DNA of 44,568 nt from Candidatus Woesearchaeota archaeon (GTDB lineage Archaea > Nanobdellota > Nanobdellia > SCGC-AAA011-G17 > UBA489), in NCBI GenBank assembly GCA_018658265.1, contig JABHVN010000045.1, positions 1-44,568 on the forward strand. The letters are read 5' to 3'. Shown here piece by piece: positions 1-9,792 of the stretch. A program made the translations under genes and the position numbers. Numbering within the stretch: the first letter of the stretch is position 1; each line of letters begins with the position of its first letter. A model generated the notes under the pieces. That model worked only from the letters and a program-made list of their open reading frames with translations. It ran no database searches and had not been told where the DNA came from.

Positions 1-630
1 CCAGATAAAGATAGAAGTTGGAGTGAAAAAGGAATAGATGGAATTCACAAGTTCCTTAACAGAGTAATAGATTATTTTGAAAATGTAAAAGTTGGTAAGT
101 CCAATGAAAGAACAGAACATAGAATCAACAAGGCAATCAAGTTAATCACTGAAGATCTAAACGATTTTAAATATCATAATGCAACTATGAAGATAAGAAG
201 TTTGTTTGATAATTTGGAACAAGAAATATCTAAAGAAGACTTAGAAAATTCCATCAAATTATTGTCTCCTTTCTGTCCCCATTTAGCAGAAGAACTTTGG
301 AGCAATCTAAAAAATGAAGAATTTGTTTCAATAGCTAAATGGCCTAAAGCAAATGATAAAAAAATCAATGAACAATTTGAAAAAGAAGATCAATACACAG
401 ATAAAACCATTGCAGATATCTTAAACATATTGAACTTAATTGACAAAGAAGTAAAGAAAGTTTACATTTACACACTTCCAAACGAATCAGAGTTCTACAA
501 CGTAGACAATATTAGGAGACGTACAGAAAAGGAAGTAGTTGTTTACAAGGTAAATGATAAGGATAAGTTCGATCCTGAAAACAAGTCTAAGAAGGCTAAG
601 CCAGGAAAACCTGCAATCTACTTAGAATGA
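1..630 (+). CDS. leuS: Leucyl-tRNA synthetase, C-terminal part (5' truncated by window edge)
   Basis: Frame is open from base 1 (PDKDRSWSEKGIDGIHKFLNR...), continues through the anticodon-binding motif LLSPFCPHLAEELW and ends in the archaeal LeuRS tail DPENKSKKAKPGKPAIYLE. Confidence 0.9.
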   Translation, partial: PDKDRSWSEKGIDGIHKFLNRVIDYFENVKVGKSNERTEHRINKAIKLITEDLNDFKYHNATMKIRSLFDNLEQEISKEDLENSIKLLSPFCPHLAEELWSNLKNEEFVSIAKWPKANDKKINEQFEKEDQYTDKTIADILNILNLIDKEVKKVYIYTLPNESEFYNVDNIRRRTEKEVVVYKVNDKDKFDPENKSKKAKPGKPAIYLE

Positions 631-3125
631 GCAATTTCATCTAGGAATCTTTTCAATGTTTTAGGAACATGTTCTATCTGAGTTTTCAATGTATGTGCAG
701 CTTTTTCTAATACTTCTTTATCACTTATATCCTCAAGGTCTCCAGAGTAATCTGCTTCAACATCTTTCTTTTTCTTCACAACATCCTTCCAAAGTTTAAA
801 GACTTCTGCAGATTTAATTGCAACGCCTTTTTTATCTACATTAAGAATAGTGGCAGCCTCGTTCAACAAACTATCTTCAACTTTTTCTTCTTTTTCAGCA
901 GCATTACCTGCAGCATATTCAATTCTAACAATTCCATCGCTGATTTTACTACTTCTTAATATCTTAATTTTAATTGCCTCTTGTGTACTATTCAAATGAG
1001 TTCCACCACAAGCCTCAACATCAACTTCAGGGATTTCAACAATTCTTAATATTTTACCAGGTACAACTCCGCCTTGGTAAATTCCTACACCATATCTATT
1101 TTCAGCTTCTCCCCTTTCTACAAAACTTAAATTAATATTAATTCCTTCTTCAACAATCTTATTTGCTTCTGCTTCAATCTTTGCAATTTCAACTTCACTA
1201 AGTGCTGCAAAGTGAGTGATATCCAATCTAGCCCTGTCCAATTGTTTATGTGCACCTGCTTGATTAATGTGATTTCCCAAAACTCTTCTAGCTGCAGCAT
1301 TAAGTATATGTGCCCCAGTATGGTGCTGTGCTAGTTGTAAACGTCTATCTAAATCTAATTCACATTTAACTTCCCCTTTCAATTTAGAATCATTTTTCAT
1401 TACATGAATAACATAAGTTCCTTCTTTGATCACATCAACAACTTCCTCATCTCCAATAGTTCCAACATCATGCAATTGACCGCCACTAGTAGGATAGAAA
1501 TAAGTTTCATCTAAAACAACATAATTTTTATGAACTTTCACAACATTAGCTTCAAATTCATTTACAGAATAATCAAAATAATATTTTACAACTGTAGGTT
1601 TTAGGTCTCCTAAATTCAAACCCAAGTCTTTTTTAACAATCTGTTTAGGTTTAACTTCTTCCTGCATTTCACTTAGTAGTGTGTAAAAATTATCTGGAAC
1701 CTCAATTGTTTTTCCAATCTTCTCAGCTTCATCCCTAATTACTTCAGGATTAATACCATTTTCATTATACAATTTAAGAAGATCTTTAGTACCTGTTTTC
1801 CCTTTTGCAACAATATCTGCAACAATTTGTTTAGATTTTAATCTAGTGGAGTTATATTTACTTACTTCAACATTCAATATTTTCTTAACATCTTCTAAAT
1901 TTTCACTTAATTCTGGAAAAATAACTCTCAAATCTTTTGCATGCCATTCACAAACATCATTCAAATCTAAATCCCATCCGTATTTATCGACAAAACCTAA
2001 TGCCCTTCTCAACATTACTCTAATGTTGTATGCTTGTCCAGAGTTACTAGGAATAGCGCCATCGCCCAATAAGATTAATAATGCCCTTGCATGCTCTGCA
2101 ACAGAATAAGCTCCTGCTAGAGGCAATACTTGACTTCTTAGGGTCTTAACATCTACGCCAACTTTATTTGCTACCTCTTCCCATGCTTTTTTGATATCAT
2201 CCACTTCATCAATGTTCAACATACCTGCATGCGGAACATATTTTTGGATCATCTTTCTATCGACATTTAATCCAGTTTTATTGAATATCTTTTTCAAAAC
2301 TTGAGGGAAAGTTGCATCATAAACTGTATTAACTCCTTGTGAAAACCAAGCATTCCTTTCCATACCCATACCCATATCTAAAACTTTCAAATTAAGATCT
2401 TTAACACCCGTATCAGTTTGTTCATACAACATGTAAACTTGATTACCTAATTCACAACCTCTTGAGAAAAATTCCATACAACAACCCAGGTTTCCTCCGC
2501 CTGCCCAAGAATCTTCATGGAAAGTAAGGTCTTCATTTTTTAATCCCAATCCAACATTCAACCATTGGTGAATATGTCTAAATACTTTATCTTGATTCCA
2601 ATCTTTCTCTTGTACAAACTGATGTTGTCCAATCATATTGAACACAGTGTTGTGCGCACCACTTATTCCTACATTGTCAATGTCTACAGTCCTAAAACAA
2701 AATTGAGGAATAACTAATGGGTTTGCAGGAGGTGTTGCTTCGCCACTAACAACATAAGGTTGAAATGCAGCAATTGAAGCATTGGTAAATTCCATAGTTG
2801 GATTCCATCTAGCAACAGTTGGATATCTTTTAATTGGAGTGTAACCTTCAGACTTGAACATCTTGGAAAACTTAGTCCAAACTTCCTTGTATTCTAATGA
2901 ATTTTTTGCAGGACTTTTTCCAATGAAACTAAATGATTCATCTTTGTTACATGCTGGATCACCACAAACATCTTTGGAAGTAGTGCTCCAAAACATTTTT
3001 TCACAAGAATTACATTTTTTCCTTGTAAATCCTTCTTCTTTTAGAACGTTAACAGGATAGTACTTTTCAGGACTCTTAGAAAATATAGGTAAATATTTCT
3101 TTTTTATTTCCTTATCAGACAACAT
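618..3125 (-). CDS. alaS: Alanyl-tRNA synthetase, archaeal type
   Basis: N-terminal CxxC...CGD, ASIAAFQP, WAGGGNLG, DMGMGMER; editing domain HHTGAH and ACGGTH. Confidence 0.97.
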   Translation of the reverse strand: MLSDKEIKKKYLPIFSKSPEKYYPVNVLKEEGFTRKKCNSCEKMFWSTTSKDVCGDPACNKDESFSFIGKSPAKNSLEYKEVWTKFSKMFKSEGYTPIKRYPTVARWNPTMEFTNASIAAFQPYVVSGEATPPANPLVIPQFCFRTVDIDNVGISGAHNTVFNMIGQHQFVQEKDWNQDKVFRHIHQWLNVGLGLKNEDLTFHEDSWAGGGNLGCCMEFFSRGCELGNQVYMLYEQTDTGVKDLNLKVLDMGMGMERNAWFSQGVNTVYDATFPQVLKKIFNKTGLNVDRKMIQKYVPHAGMLNIDEVDDIKKAWEEVANKVGVDVKTLRSQVLPLAGAYSVAEHARALLILLGDGAIPSNSGQAYNIRVMLRRALGFVDKYGWDLDLNDVCEWHAKDLRVIFPELSENLEDVKKILNVEVSKYNSTRLKSKQIVADIVAKGKTGTKDLLKLYNENGINPEVIRDEAEKIGKTIEVPDNFYTLLSEMQEEVKPKQIVKKDLGLNLGDLKPTVVKYYFDYSVNEFEANVVKVHKNYVVLDETYFYPTSGGQLHDVGTIGDEEVVDVIKEGTYVIHVMKNDSKLKGEVKCELDLDRRLQLAQHHTGAHILNAAARRVLGNHINQAGAHKQLDRARLDITHFAALSEVEIAKIEAEANKIVEEGININLSFVERGEAENRYGVGIYQGGVVPGKILRIVEIPEVDVEACGGTHLNSTQEAIKIKILRSSKISDGIVRIEYAAGNAAEKEEKVEDSLLNEAATILNVDKKGVAIKSAEVFKLWKDVVKKKKDVEADYSGDLEDISDKEVLEKAAHTLKTQIEHVPKTLKRFLDEIAHSK

Positions 3126-3156
3126 ACTAAGGCATTCCCAATAGAATTATTTAAAC

Positions 3157-3618
3157 TTATTCCTCTGGCAGTAACTTGCCCAACTTAGAAATTCTACCCC
3201 TAATACTTTCAAGGTCTCTCCTAAGCCTTTCCCTCTCTTCTAAAGCAATGGCTTTTTTCCTTAGAATCTTAGGTTTTTTACTTTTAATCTTAACAATCTC
3301 TTTTCTTACTTCATCTACATCCTTAACTTCTCCACCAAGATCATTAACTCTCTCGCGATGCAATAACATCCTCATATCATCTCTTTTAGCATGTAAATTG
3401 TCTGTCTTGGGAAGTTTAGGCAAATTCTTTTCTAATGATTTTAATTGCTTGCTTAAATCTGCTAAAGAACGTTTCATTTGAGATCTTAGTTTCTTTTTCT
3501 GTTTACTAAAATCTTTAATATTCTCTCCAGATTGGATAGCATCAGTAGAAATAACGGCACACTCCAAGATATCACTTCTTAGTCCCAATGGTTCTTCTAT
3601 TCTTGCATGTACAGACAT
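3157..3618 (-). CDS. Hypothetical coiled-coil protein
   Basis: 153 aa ORF, 6 bp downstream of the 217 aa gene, with two heptad-rich segments. Confidence 0.75.
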   Translation of the reverse strand: MSVHARIEEPLGLRSDILECAVISTDAIQSGENIKDFSKQKKKLRSQMKRSLADLSKQLKSLEKNLPKLPKTDNLHAKRDDMRMLLHRERVNDLGGEVKDVDEVRKEIVKIKSKKPKILRKKAIALEERERLRRDLESIRGRISKLGKLLPEE

Positions 3619-3624
3619 TTTAGA

Positions 3625-4278
3625 TTAAATCTCAAATAGTTTTTTATCGATCCCTACTAATTTTTCTTTAATCTTATTTAATGAAGTTTCACAATTACTT
3701 ATTTCTAATTGTTCTTGGGATTTCAATTCATTTAATCTATCTAGAATATATTCAACTTCTCTTATTTTTTGTTTTAAGATTTCAATATTATTCATTGCAT
3801 CTTTGTAATCATCAATTTGAACAAAAACAGGTCTATTGCCTACATTTTTAGGCATCTTAAATTGTTTTCTTAAATCTGGTAAAATTGATGGAGTAACGGG
3901 TTCTCTAATTTCTTTTTGTGGACTCTTGAATGTCGGTGCAAGATCTTGCATCTTAAGTGGTTCTTCCTTTCTAAATGGTGTGGAGAATTCTTCATGAACT
4001 TGTTCTTTAGGCATAAGCTCATCTAAATCATTGTTAACTTGTCTTTCAGGATAAGCTTCTTTAGGTCTACTGAATGCAGGTTCCCTCATGGGTAAACTAA
4101 CTTCTTCTTTATGAGAAGGCAAATCGCTCATCACATTAGCATTCCTTTTATCGAATGCAGATTCGTAACTAGGCATACCAGTTTCGGTCTTAATAGGACT
4201 ACTTCCACCAATATCTTCAAACTTCGGTAATTCCGGAAGCTTAGAAATTTCCTCTTTTTTCTTCTTGAACATCCCCAT
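3625..4278 (-). CDS. Hypothetical protein with Pro/Glu-rich disordered N-terminus and C-terminal coiled coil
   Basis: 217 aa ORF with GAGGTG SD upstream; C-terminal PVFVQIDDY...IDKKLFEI helical domain. Confidence 0.8.
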   Translation of the reverse strand: MGMFKKKKEEISKLPELPKFEDIGGSSPIKTETGMPSYESAFDKRNANVMSDLPSHKEEVSLPMREPAFSRPKEAYPERQVNNDLDELMPKEQVHEEFSTPFRKEEPLKMQDLAPTFKSPQKEIREPVTPSILPDLRKQFKMPKNVGNRPVFVQIDDYKDAMNNIEILKQKIREVEYILDRLNELKSQEQLEISNCETSLNKIKEKLVGIDKKLFEI

Positions 4279-4310
4279 TTTTCTACACCTCTTATTTATA
4301 AGGACCTTTA

Positions 4311-5693
4311 TTAACTTTTCTTTTTAGTCCTTGTACTTTTTCTTTTCTTTAACTCCTTCCTTAAAGCAGTCATGTTACTCATAAATCTATAATAATCCTC
4401 TTCTGCAACATTTACAACACCTTTTTTCATAATTTTATCATGTCTCATCTCAATGTTATCCAATACATCTTTTTCACTTCTAGATTTAATTTTTGGAAGA
4501 TTTCTTTCTTCAGAACTTGCATTATAAAATAATCTTTTTGCTTGTGCATAGTTTTTTTCATTAATTAGATTCTTCATTTTTTCAAGTTGACTCATATCAA
4601 TTAATTTAGGCTTAGCCTTGATAGTAACTGCGTCTTCATCAATTAGTTTTTGCGAAATACTTTTCCTACTAGTTCCTTTTATTTTTTCCAATGCACCCAG
4701 ATAATGGCATAGATATTGCATCACACTATCTAACTTCTTTCTATTTCTTTCACTAACAATCTTTGTAAGTTGGGAATACGTTTCAAATAAGTTTAAATAA
4801 TTCTTCCTACTCTCTTTCAACTTACCGGAGATAATTAATTTGTTTATCTTCTCTGACTCACTATTAAATTCGGTAACTAATTCATTCCTTTCAACTGCCT
4901 TTTCTCTTTCTTTTTTCTCTGCTTCTTTTTTAATTTTATTTTTCAAAGCATCTTTAGCTTTTTTGTCCCTAGCAGCCTTCTTTTCATCATAAATAGGTGC
5001 AGGATTAAGGTAGACTACTTTCTCTTTCTTTTCTTTTTGCCTAATCTTTCCATCTTCCAATGCTTTTTTGAATGCCTTTCTTTTTGCATTTCTTCTTTTC
5101 AGATATGCTTCTTCCGCTTTAGATTCTAAGTCAGTTTTAATACTAAGTTCATATTCTCTCCAAGATAGCAATACGACTGTTACTGCAATTAAAAATAATA
5201 TATAAACATAATAATTCTTTCTAGGAACATTTTCCAAGTTCTCTAATTGATCCTTAGACAAACTTACTAATTCCAGATTGATCACTGGTTTCAAACCTTC
5301 AGGACACACCTTTGCAGAAGCTTCATTTTCAATATCCAAAACAACACAGTCACCTTCAATTCTGGCATCAACATTTCTTTTTTCTCCCTTAGGACAATCA
5401 ATATCTCTTAACAAATGCCCAATTACAATCAAATCTTCTTCATTTAAACCACCTTCAATCCAACAAATTAGATTATCATTTAGTTCACTAGAAACCTTTC
5501 CGTCTTCAATACTAACATTCTCTTCATAGCCACTACCTTTGATAACAATCACATTTCCAGTTATACTTTCTCCAGAATCAGAACCTAGTTCCGAAATAAT
5601 TGACACAACGCTAAATGCAATTAGTAAAATTGCAAGAAACACTATTGAAATTGAGACATTCCTTACAGAATCCAATAAACTCTTTTTTTCCAT
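4311..5693 (-). CDS. Hypothetical membrane protein (2 TM, extracellular Cys domain, Lys-rich cytoplasmic tail)
   Basis: 460 aa; hydrophobic stretches near aa 14-35 and 161-179; four Cys between them; SITGNVI motif after TM1. Confidence 0.8.
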   Translation of the reverse strand: MEKKSLLDSVRNVSISIVFLAILLIAFSVVSIISELGSDSGESITGNVIVIKGSGYEENVSIEDGKVSSELNDNLICWIEGGLNEEDLIVIGHLLRDIDCPKGEKRNVDARIEGDCVVLDIENEASAKVCPEGLKPVINLELVSLSKDQLENLENVPRKNYYVYILFLIAVTVVLLSWREYELSIKTDLESKAEEAYLKRRNAKRKAFKKALEDGKIRQKEKKEKVVYLNPAPIYDEKKAARDKKAKDALKNKIKKEAEKKEREKAVERNELVTEFNSESEKINKLIISGKLKESRKNYLNLFETYSQLTKIVSERNRKKLDSVMQYLCHYLGALEKIKGTSRKSISQKLIDEDAVTIKAKPKLIDMSQLEKMKNLINEKNYAQAKRLFYNASSEERNLPKIKSRSEKDVLDNIEMRHDKIMKKGVVNVAEEDYYRFMSNMTALRKELKKRKSTRTKKKS

Positions 5694-5696
5694 TTT

Positions 5697-6599
5697 CTAC
5701 ATATTCAGAGAGACTATCTCAGGTATAGTCTTAGACATATAAGAAGAGATTTTAGACAATTCTAGCTCCATCCTCCCATTACATTCAATATTCTTCAATT
5801 TATTCTTAAGAAGGTAAAACTCCTTTAAATTATTTGAATTATAGTTACAAAATAATTTATACAAACTTTCCAATGTTAAGTTTAATAATTTAACTTCCTT
5901 GAAGAAAGAATTTTCCAGATTTAGTTTACATATCTTTTCCATAGAATCTCCAATTTCTTCAAGTACCGAAATCAAAGAGTAATATTGCGGGATCTTATCA
6001 CTTTCCACAATCCCACCCTTATTTATTATTCTTGAACAGAAATCACACAACCTATTTATTTTCTTATCAGATAGGTTCCCTATTCGTTTCAACACAGTTT
6101 TATTCTTGGATTCAATTGCATCTTTCATATCACTTGAAGTATTCATTAAAGAAATAAATATCCTTTTCAAGGTATTAAGAAACTCTTCATGGTTTACAGA
6201 TGAAATTTCAATTATATTGACACTACTTTCTTTTTGAGAAGAAATTTCAATACCTATTAAATTGCTTACAACTTCATCAATAACATCAAAAATTAATACT
6301 TTTTTACTAATATTTTCATCATATATATTATCTTCATCAAAAGTAATTCTAATTTTATCAAACCCTCCTCGATAAGCAGCATACAAATTGTACCTTACTA
6401 AATTAGCATTCATCCCACAAACATCTATAATCAAAGGTTTAGATTTTTTTAAGTCAGAAGTTTCGATAATTAAATTTCTTCCAGAAGTATCAATATTTAG
6501 CTCATCCCCTTTTTTAACGCCATAAGCCTTAACCCACTTACTTGGCAGACTAATCATTAGAGTAGATGGGCCTATTAGAGATACCTTTCTCTTAGTCAT
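5697..6599 (-). CDS. AbrB/MazE-domain PhoU-family transcriptional regulator
   Basis: N-terminal RKVSLIGPSTLMISLPSKWVKAYGVKKGDEL (AbrB-like), then YRGGFD and helical PhoU-like repeats (LEEIGD). Confidence 0.85.
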   Translation of the reverse strand: MTKRKVSLIGPSTLMISLPSKWVKAYGVKKGDELNIDTSGRNLIIETSDLKKSKPLIIDVCGMNANLVRYNLYAAYRGGFDKIRITFDEDNIYDENISKKVLIFDVIDEVVSNLIGIEISSQKESSVNIIEISSVNHEEFLNTLKRIFISLMNTSSDMKDAIESKNKTVLKRIGNLSDKKINRLCDFCSRIINKGGIVESDKIPQYYSLISVLEEIGDSMEKICKLNLENSFFKEVKLLNLTLESLYKLFCNYNSNNLKEFYLLKNKLKNIECNGRMELELSKISSYMSKTIPEIVSLNM

Positions 6600-6637
6600 A
6601 GGTCATTTGAGGTCTTTTTATTTAAATAGTTTTAGAT

Positions 6638-6665
6638 ATTATAATATTATAATAATTATTATAAT
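6638..6665. promoter_or_regulatory. Three copies of palindrome ATTATAAT between divergent regulators (candidate operator)
   Basis: ATTATAAT at 6638-6645, 6646-6653 and 6658-6665; AT-rich background lowers significance. Confidence 0.35.
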
Positions 6666-6746
6666 TTAAGGATTATTCTTTTATGGTATCACGAATATCT
6701 TCCAATTAATCTGAAAACTTGACAGATTATACGGAGGTGTTTCGAG

Positions 6747-7229
6747 TTGAAAATAACAAAAAAAGACATACAGATTCTTTCCCATCTGAGGAGAGATTCA
6801 AGAGAGATGTTAACCAAGCTCTCAAGAAAAACAAGCATACCTGTTTCAACAATTTTTGACAGGTTAAGATATCACAAAGGAGGACTAATTAAGAAAAATA
6901 CAACCTTAATGGATTTTTCACTTTTAGGATTTAATAGCAGGGCAAAAGTAATTCTAAAAGTAGATAAAATAGATAGAGTAAGTATTAAGAATTTGCTAAA
7001 AATGCACAGAAACATTAATGCGCTTCACAGAATTAACAACGGCTATGACTTTATGTTTGAAGCAATTTTTAGAAATATGAAAGATTTGGAAGATTTCATC
7101 AATACTCTAGAAGAACAATTCAATATTCTAGAAAAACATATTTATTATGTAATTGATGACATCAAGGAAGAAGACTTTCTTTCAAGAGATGATGCACCTG
7201 AGATTGCATTCATAAGGAAACAAATTTAG
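6747..7229 (+). CDS. Lrp/AsnC family transcriptional regulator
   Basis: N-terminal HTH (KKDIQILSHLRRDSR...IPVSTIFDRL), RAM-like C-terminal domain (INNGYDF); GGAGGTG SD before TTG start. Confidence 0.9.
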   Translation: MKITKKDIQILSHLRRDSREMLTKLSRKTSIPVSTIFDRLRYHKGGLIKKNTTLMDFSLLGFNSRAKVILKVDKIDRVSIKNLLKMHRNINALHRINNGYDFMFEAIFRNMKDLEDFINTLEEQFNILEKHIYYVIDDIKEEDFLSRDDAPEIAFIRKQI

Positions 7230-7893
7230 ATGGGCTAAGGACAATGCCTTTTTTGTCAATGTCCATCTTCATTATTTTTTCTGGTATTTGAGTTCCCCTC
7301 ATTTTAACAACTTCCAATGCCCTTTCATGAGAGCCCTTAGTTCTAACATGATGTAGTTGAATAATTCCATCAACTTGATCATCAAAATCAATTTTTCCAT
7401 TTTTAATATTACTAGTAAGTAATGCAGTACAACCCCACCTGTTCATAATTTCAAACAATGCTAATGCTGCACCTCTCCGATTAGAATCTTCATGGAATAA
7501 TAAGGCAAATGAACTCATACAGTCAATTACAATTCTTTTAACACCCATTTGTGTAGCAATAACTTCTAGACTTCCTCCTCCATCAGCAACAACTCTTCTG
7601 ATTTGTTCAGGAGTATTTTCTAAGAATTTCAACATTCCAGTTCTTTCATATCTTTCAAGATCCCATCCGAATCCTGCAAAGTCTTCATATATTTTCTTTT
7701 TTCTTTCTTCAAATGAAATAAAAATACAAGCTTCTCCTTTTCTTAAACCGTCAAGTAAAAATTGCATTGCAAAAACACTCTTACCAGAACCAGTTTTACC
7801 TGCAACAAGATTAACAGATTCCTGTTTAAATCCACCTCCAATGAGATTGTCCAAATTAGGAACTCCTGTGCTAACTCTTTGATCACCTAACAT
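7210..7893 (-). CDS. KaiC/RAD55-like RecA-superfamily ATPase (single domain)
   Basis: RVSTGVPNLDNLIGGG, Walker A GKTGSGKS, SFEE, IVID, EVVKMRG. Confidence 0.92.
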   Translation of the reverse strand: MLGDQRVSTGVPNLDNLIGGGFKQESVNLVAGKTGSGKSVFAMQFLLDGLRKGEACIFISFEERKKKIYEDFAGFGWDLERYERTGMLKFLENTPEQIRRVVADGGGSLEVIATQMGVKRIVIDCMSSFALLFHEDSNRRGAALALFEIMNRWGCTALLTSNIKNGKIDFDDQVDGIIQLHHVRTKGSHERALEVVKMRGTQIPEKIMKMDIDKKGIVLSPSKFVSL

Positions 7894-7931
7894 ACACTAA
7901 ATTACTCTAAGTCATATAAAAGTCTTTTTCC

Positions 7932-8906
7932 TTAAAGGGCAAATAGTCCACCTAACAGGCCACCAATCAAAGCCCGAACTATAAAGAATAAGGAGATCGT
8001 AATTATAATTAAAACTGGTATGTACTTCAGTCCTTCTCTCTTTTTACCTTTAGAAATTAACCCTATGATCATAGATCCCATAACAGATGCAATAATCATC
8101 GATACAATAGTATATCTCACAATAAAACCTGGATCTATAGTTACCTCTGAAAAACTAATGGGCATATCAATACTTCCAGTAGTATCGGGTAAATCTACAT
8201 CTGCAAAAACAGTACTCATAATATCAATTAAAAATGAACTTAAACTAAAAAGAACTGGTGCACCAAAACCAATTGCTGCAAAAATAAAGATAACATAAAC
8301 TAACACATTAGATCTGATTCTTTCATCAATCATCTTCTGTTGTCTCAAATTACTTGCTGACTGAGATAATAAATCTACTAAAGAACCTCCACTTCTAACT
8401 CCTGCAACAATTAATTGCATGGACTTGTTCAACTTATTAGATTTAATTCTGCTACTCATATCTAACAATGCCTGATTAAAATCCTTACCCGTTGCAACAT
8501 CCTTACCTGCACGATTAATTTCTTCTTTGAAATTACCAAATTCAGGTCTAGCCGCGAGTAATAATGCTTTATCCAAAGTATAACCTGCTCTCAAGTTAGA
8601 TGCCATTAATTGTAATAAATCTGGTAACAACTCTTCAATGAATTTACCTCTTGCTTCAGCATTAAGTGTAAGCCATGAATATGAAACAAATTGAGAAATA
8701 ATGAACATTCCTAAAAACATTAGAAAGAAGTTTATTCCCAAAAACAAGGTTAAGAAGAATGATAAAACTAAAGACGTTACAAGAGTAACAATGAACATGG
8801 TAGAAAGATAATTCTCTAGAGGCTTGTCTATGTTAGCATAAACTAGCAACTGCCTATAAGCTAACCTTACTCTCTCAGGATATAGTCTTGAAATAAATCT
8901 TGCCAT
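7932..8906 (-). CDS. Type II secretion/T4P platform protein (TadC/GspF family)
   Basis: LPDLLQLMASNLRAG, SGGSL motif, multiple TM helices; follows the pilus ATPase. Confidence 0.92.
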   Translation of the reverse strand: MARFISRLYPERVRLAYRQLLVYANIDKPLENYLSTMFIVTLVTSLVLSFFLTLFLGINFFLMFLGMFIISQFVSYSWLTLNAEARGKFIEELLPDLLQLMASNLRAGYTLDKALLLAARPEFGNFKEEINRAGKDVATGKDFNQALLDMSSRIKSNKLNKSMQLIVAGVRSGGSLVDLLSQSASNLRQQKMIDERIRSNVLVYVIFIFAAIGFGAPVLFSLSSFLIDIMSTVFADVDLPDTTGSIDMPISFSEVTIDPGFIVRYTIVSMIIASVMGSMIIGLISKGKKREGLKYIPVLIIITISLFFIVRALIGGLLGGLFAL

Positions 8907-8907
8907 T

Positions 8908-9792
8908 TTAATCGTAATTCATCAAAGAAGGTCTCCTAGCCTTAATAATTCCCATAAACATAATCTGCATGAAGAAAGTCATAACCAATATTCCGTAAAA
9001 TATTAACTTAACAACATTTTCATTTAACGAAATAAACGAAGATAATACAATAATAAATGTGGTTCCCAATGAAGGCGCAATAACTGCAATAAGCATATAG
9101 AATAAAGCAAGAGGACTTAACTGTCCACCATATTTCTGAATCTGAGTTAATTGTTCATCTGCAATACCCTTCATAACATCTTTAATCAAACTACCAATAT
9201 CTGCACCCGTTTTCATTCCATTTACAATTTGCCATAAAGATCTTCTAAATAATAATGAAGGGTTTCTTACTGCAAGGTCTTCTAATGCCTCAGATTGATC
9301 TCTTCCAGAATTAATTTCTTTAACTGCCCTACCTATCTCTGCAGAAAACTCCCCATAGTTTGCATTAGAAACATTAACTAAAATATTGAACAGTGGAATC
9401 CCAGCATTTAATTCTACATACATATCTTGCAATGCAGGTAATAAGTTTTGTTCAATTAATCTAATCCTTCTAGATGCAATAAGTTTAGGATAACCTAGCT
9501 GTTGGAAAAACATAAACGCAGTAAAGATAACTGCAATAAATACAGGCAATAATGGCGAAATTCCAAATTTCAAAGCTGGCAATGAAATAAAGAAAAAGAA
9601 TAATAACATTATTCCTGAAGATGCCATACACATACTAATGTAATCAATTGCATCGAGTTTAGATTCGGCTTGTTTCAAATGAACTTCTAAAAATGGAATC
9701 TTTCTCTCAAATCTTTGAGCTACCCCTCTTAATGGCCTTGCTAGCCTGTATAGTTTCTTCTGAGGTAATATTGAAAAAGGTATTTTGGTCAT
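8908..9792 (-). CDS. Type II secretion/T4P platform protein (TadB/TadC family)
   Basis: LNAGIPL, YGEFSAEI, RNPSLLFRRSLWQIVNGMKTG, TM helices; ATGA overlap with the ATPase stop. Confidence 0.92.
   Translation of the reverse strand: MTKIPFSILPQKKLYRLARPLRGVAQRFERKIPFLEVHLKQAESKLDAIDYISMCMASSGIMLLFFFFISLPALKFGISPLLPVFIAVIFTAFMFFQQLGYPKLIASRRIRLIEQNLLPALQDMYVELNAGIPLFNILVNVSNANYGEFSAEIGRAVKEINSGRDQSEALEDLAVRNPSLLFRRSLWQIVNGMKTGADIGSLIKDVMKGIADEQLTQIQKYGGQLSPLALFYMLIAVIAPSLGTTFIIVLSSFISLNENVVKLIFYGILVMTFFMQIMFMGIIKARRPSLMNYD

Noticed and set aside
7210-7893. Circadian clock KaiC
   Set aside because: Single domain, no kaiA/kaiB; belongs to the general archaeal KaiC-like ATPases.
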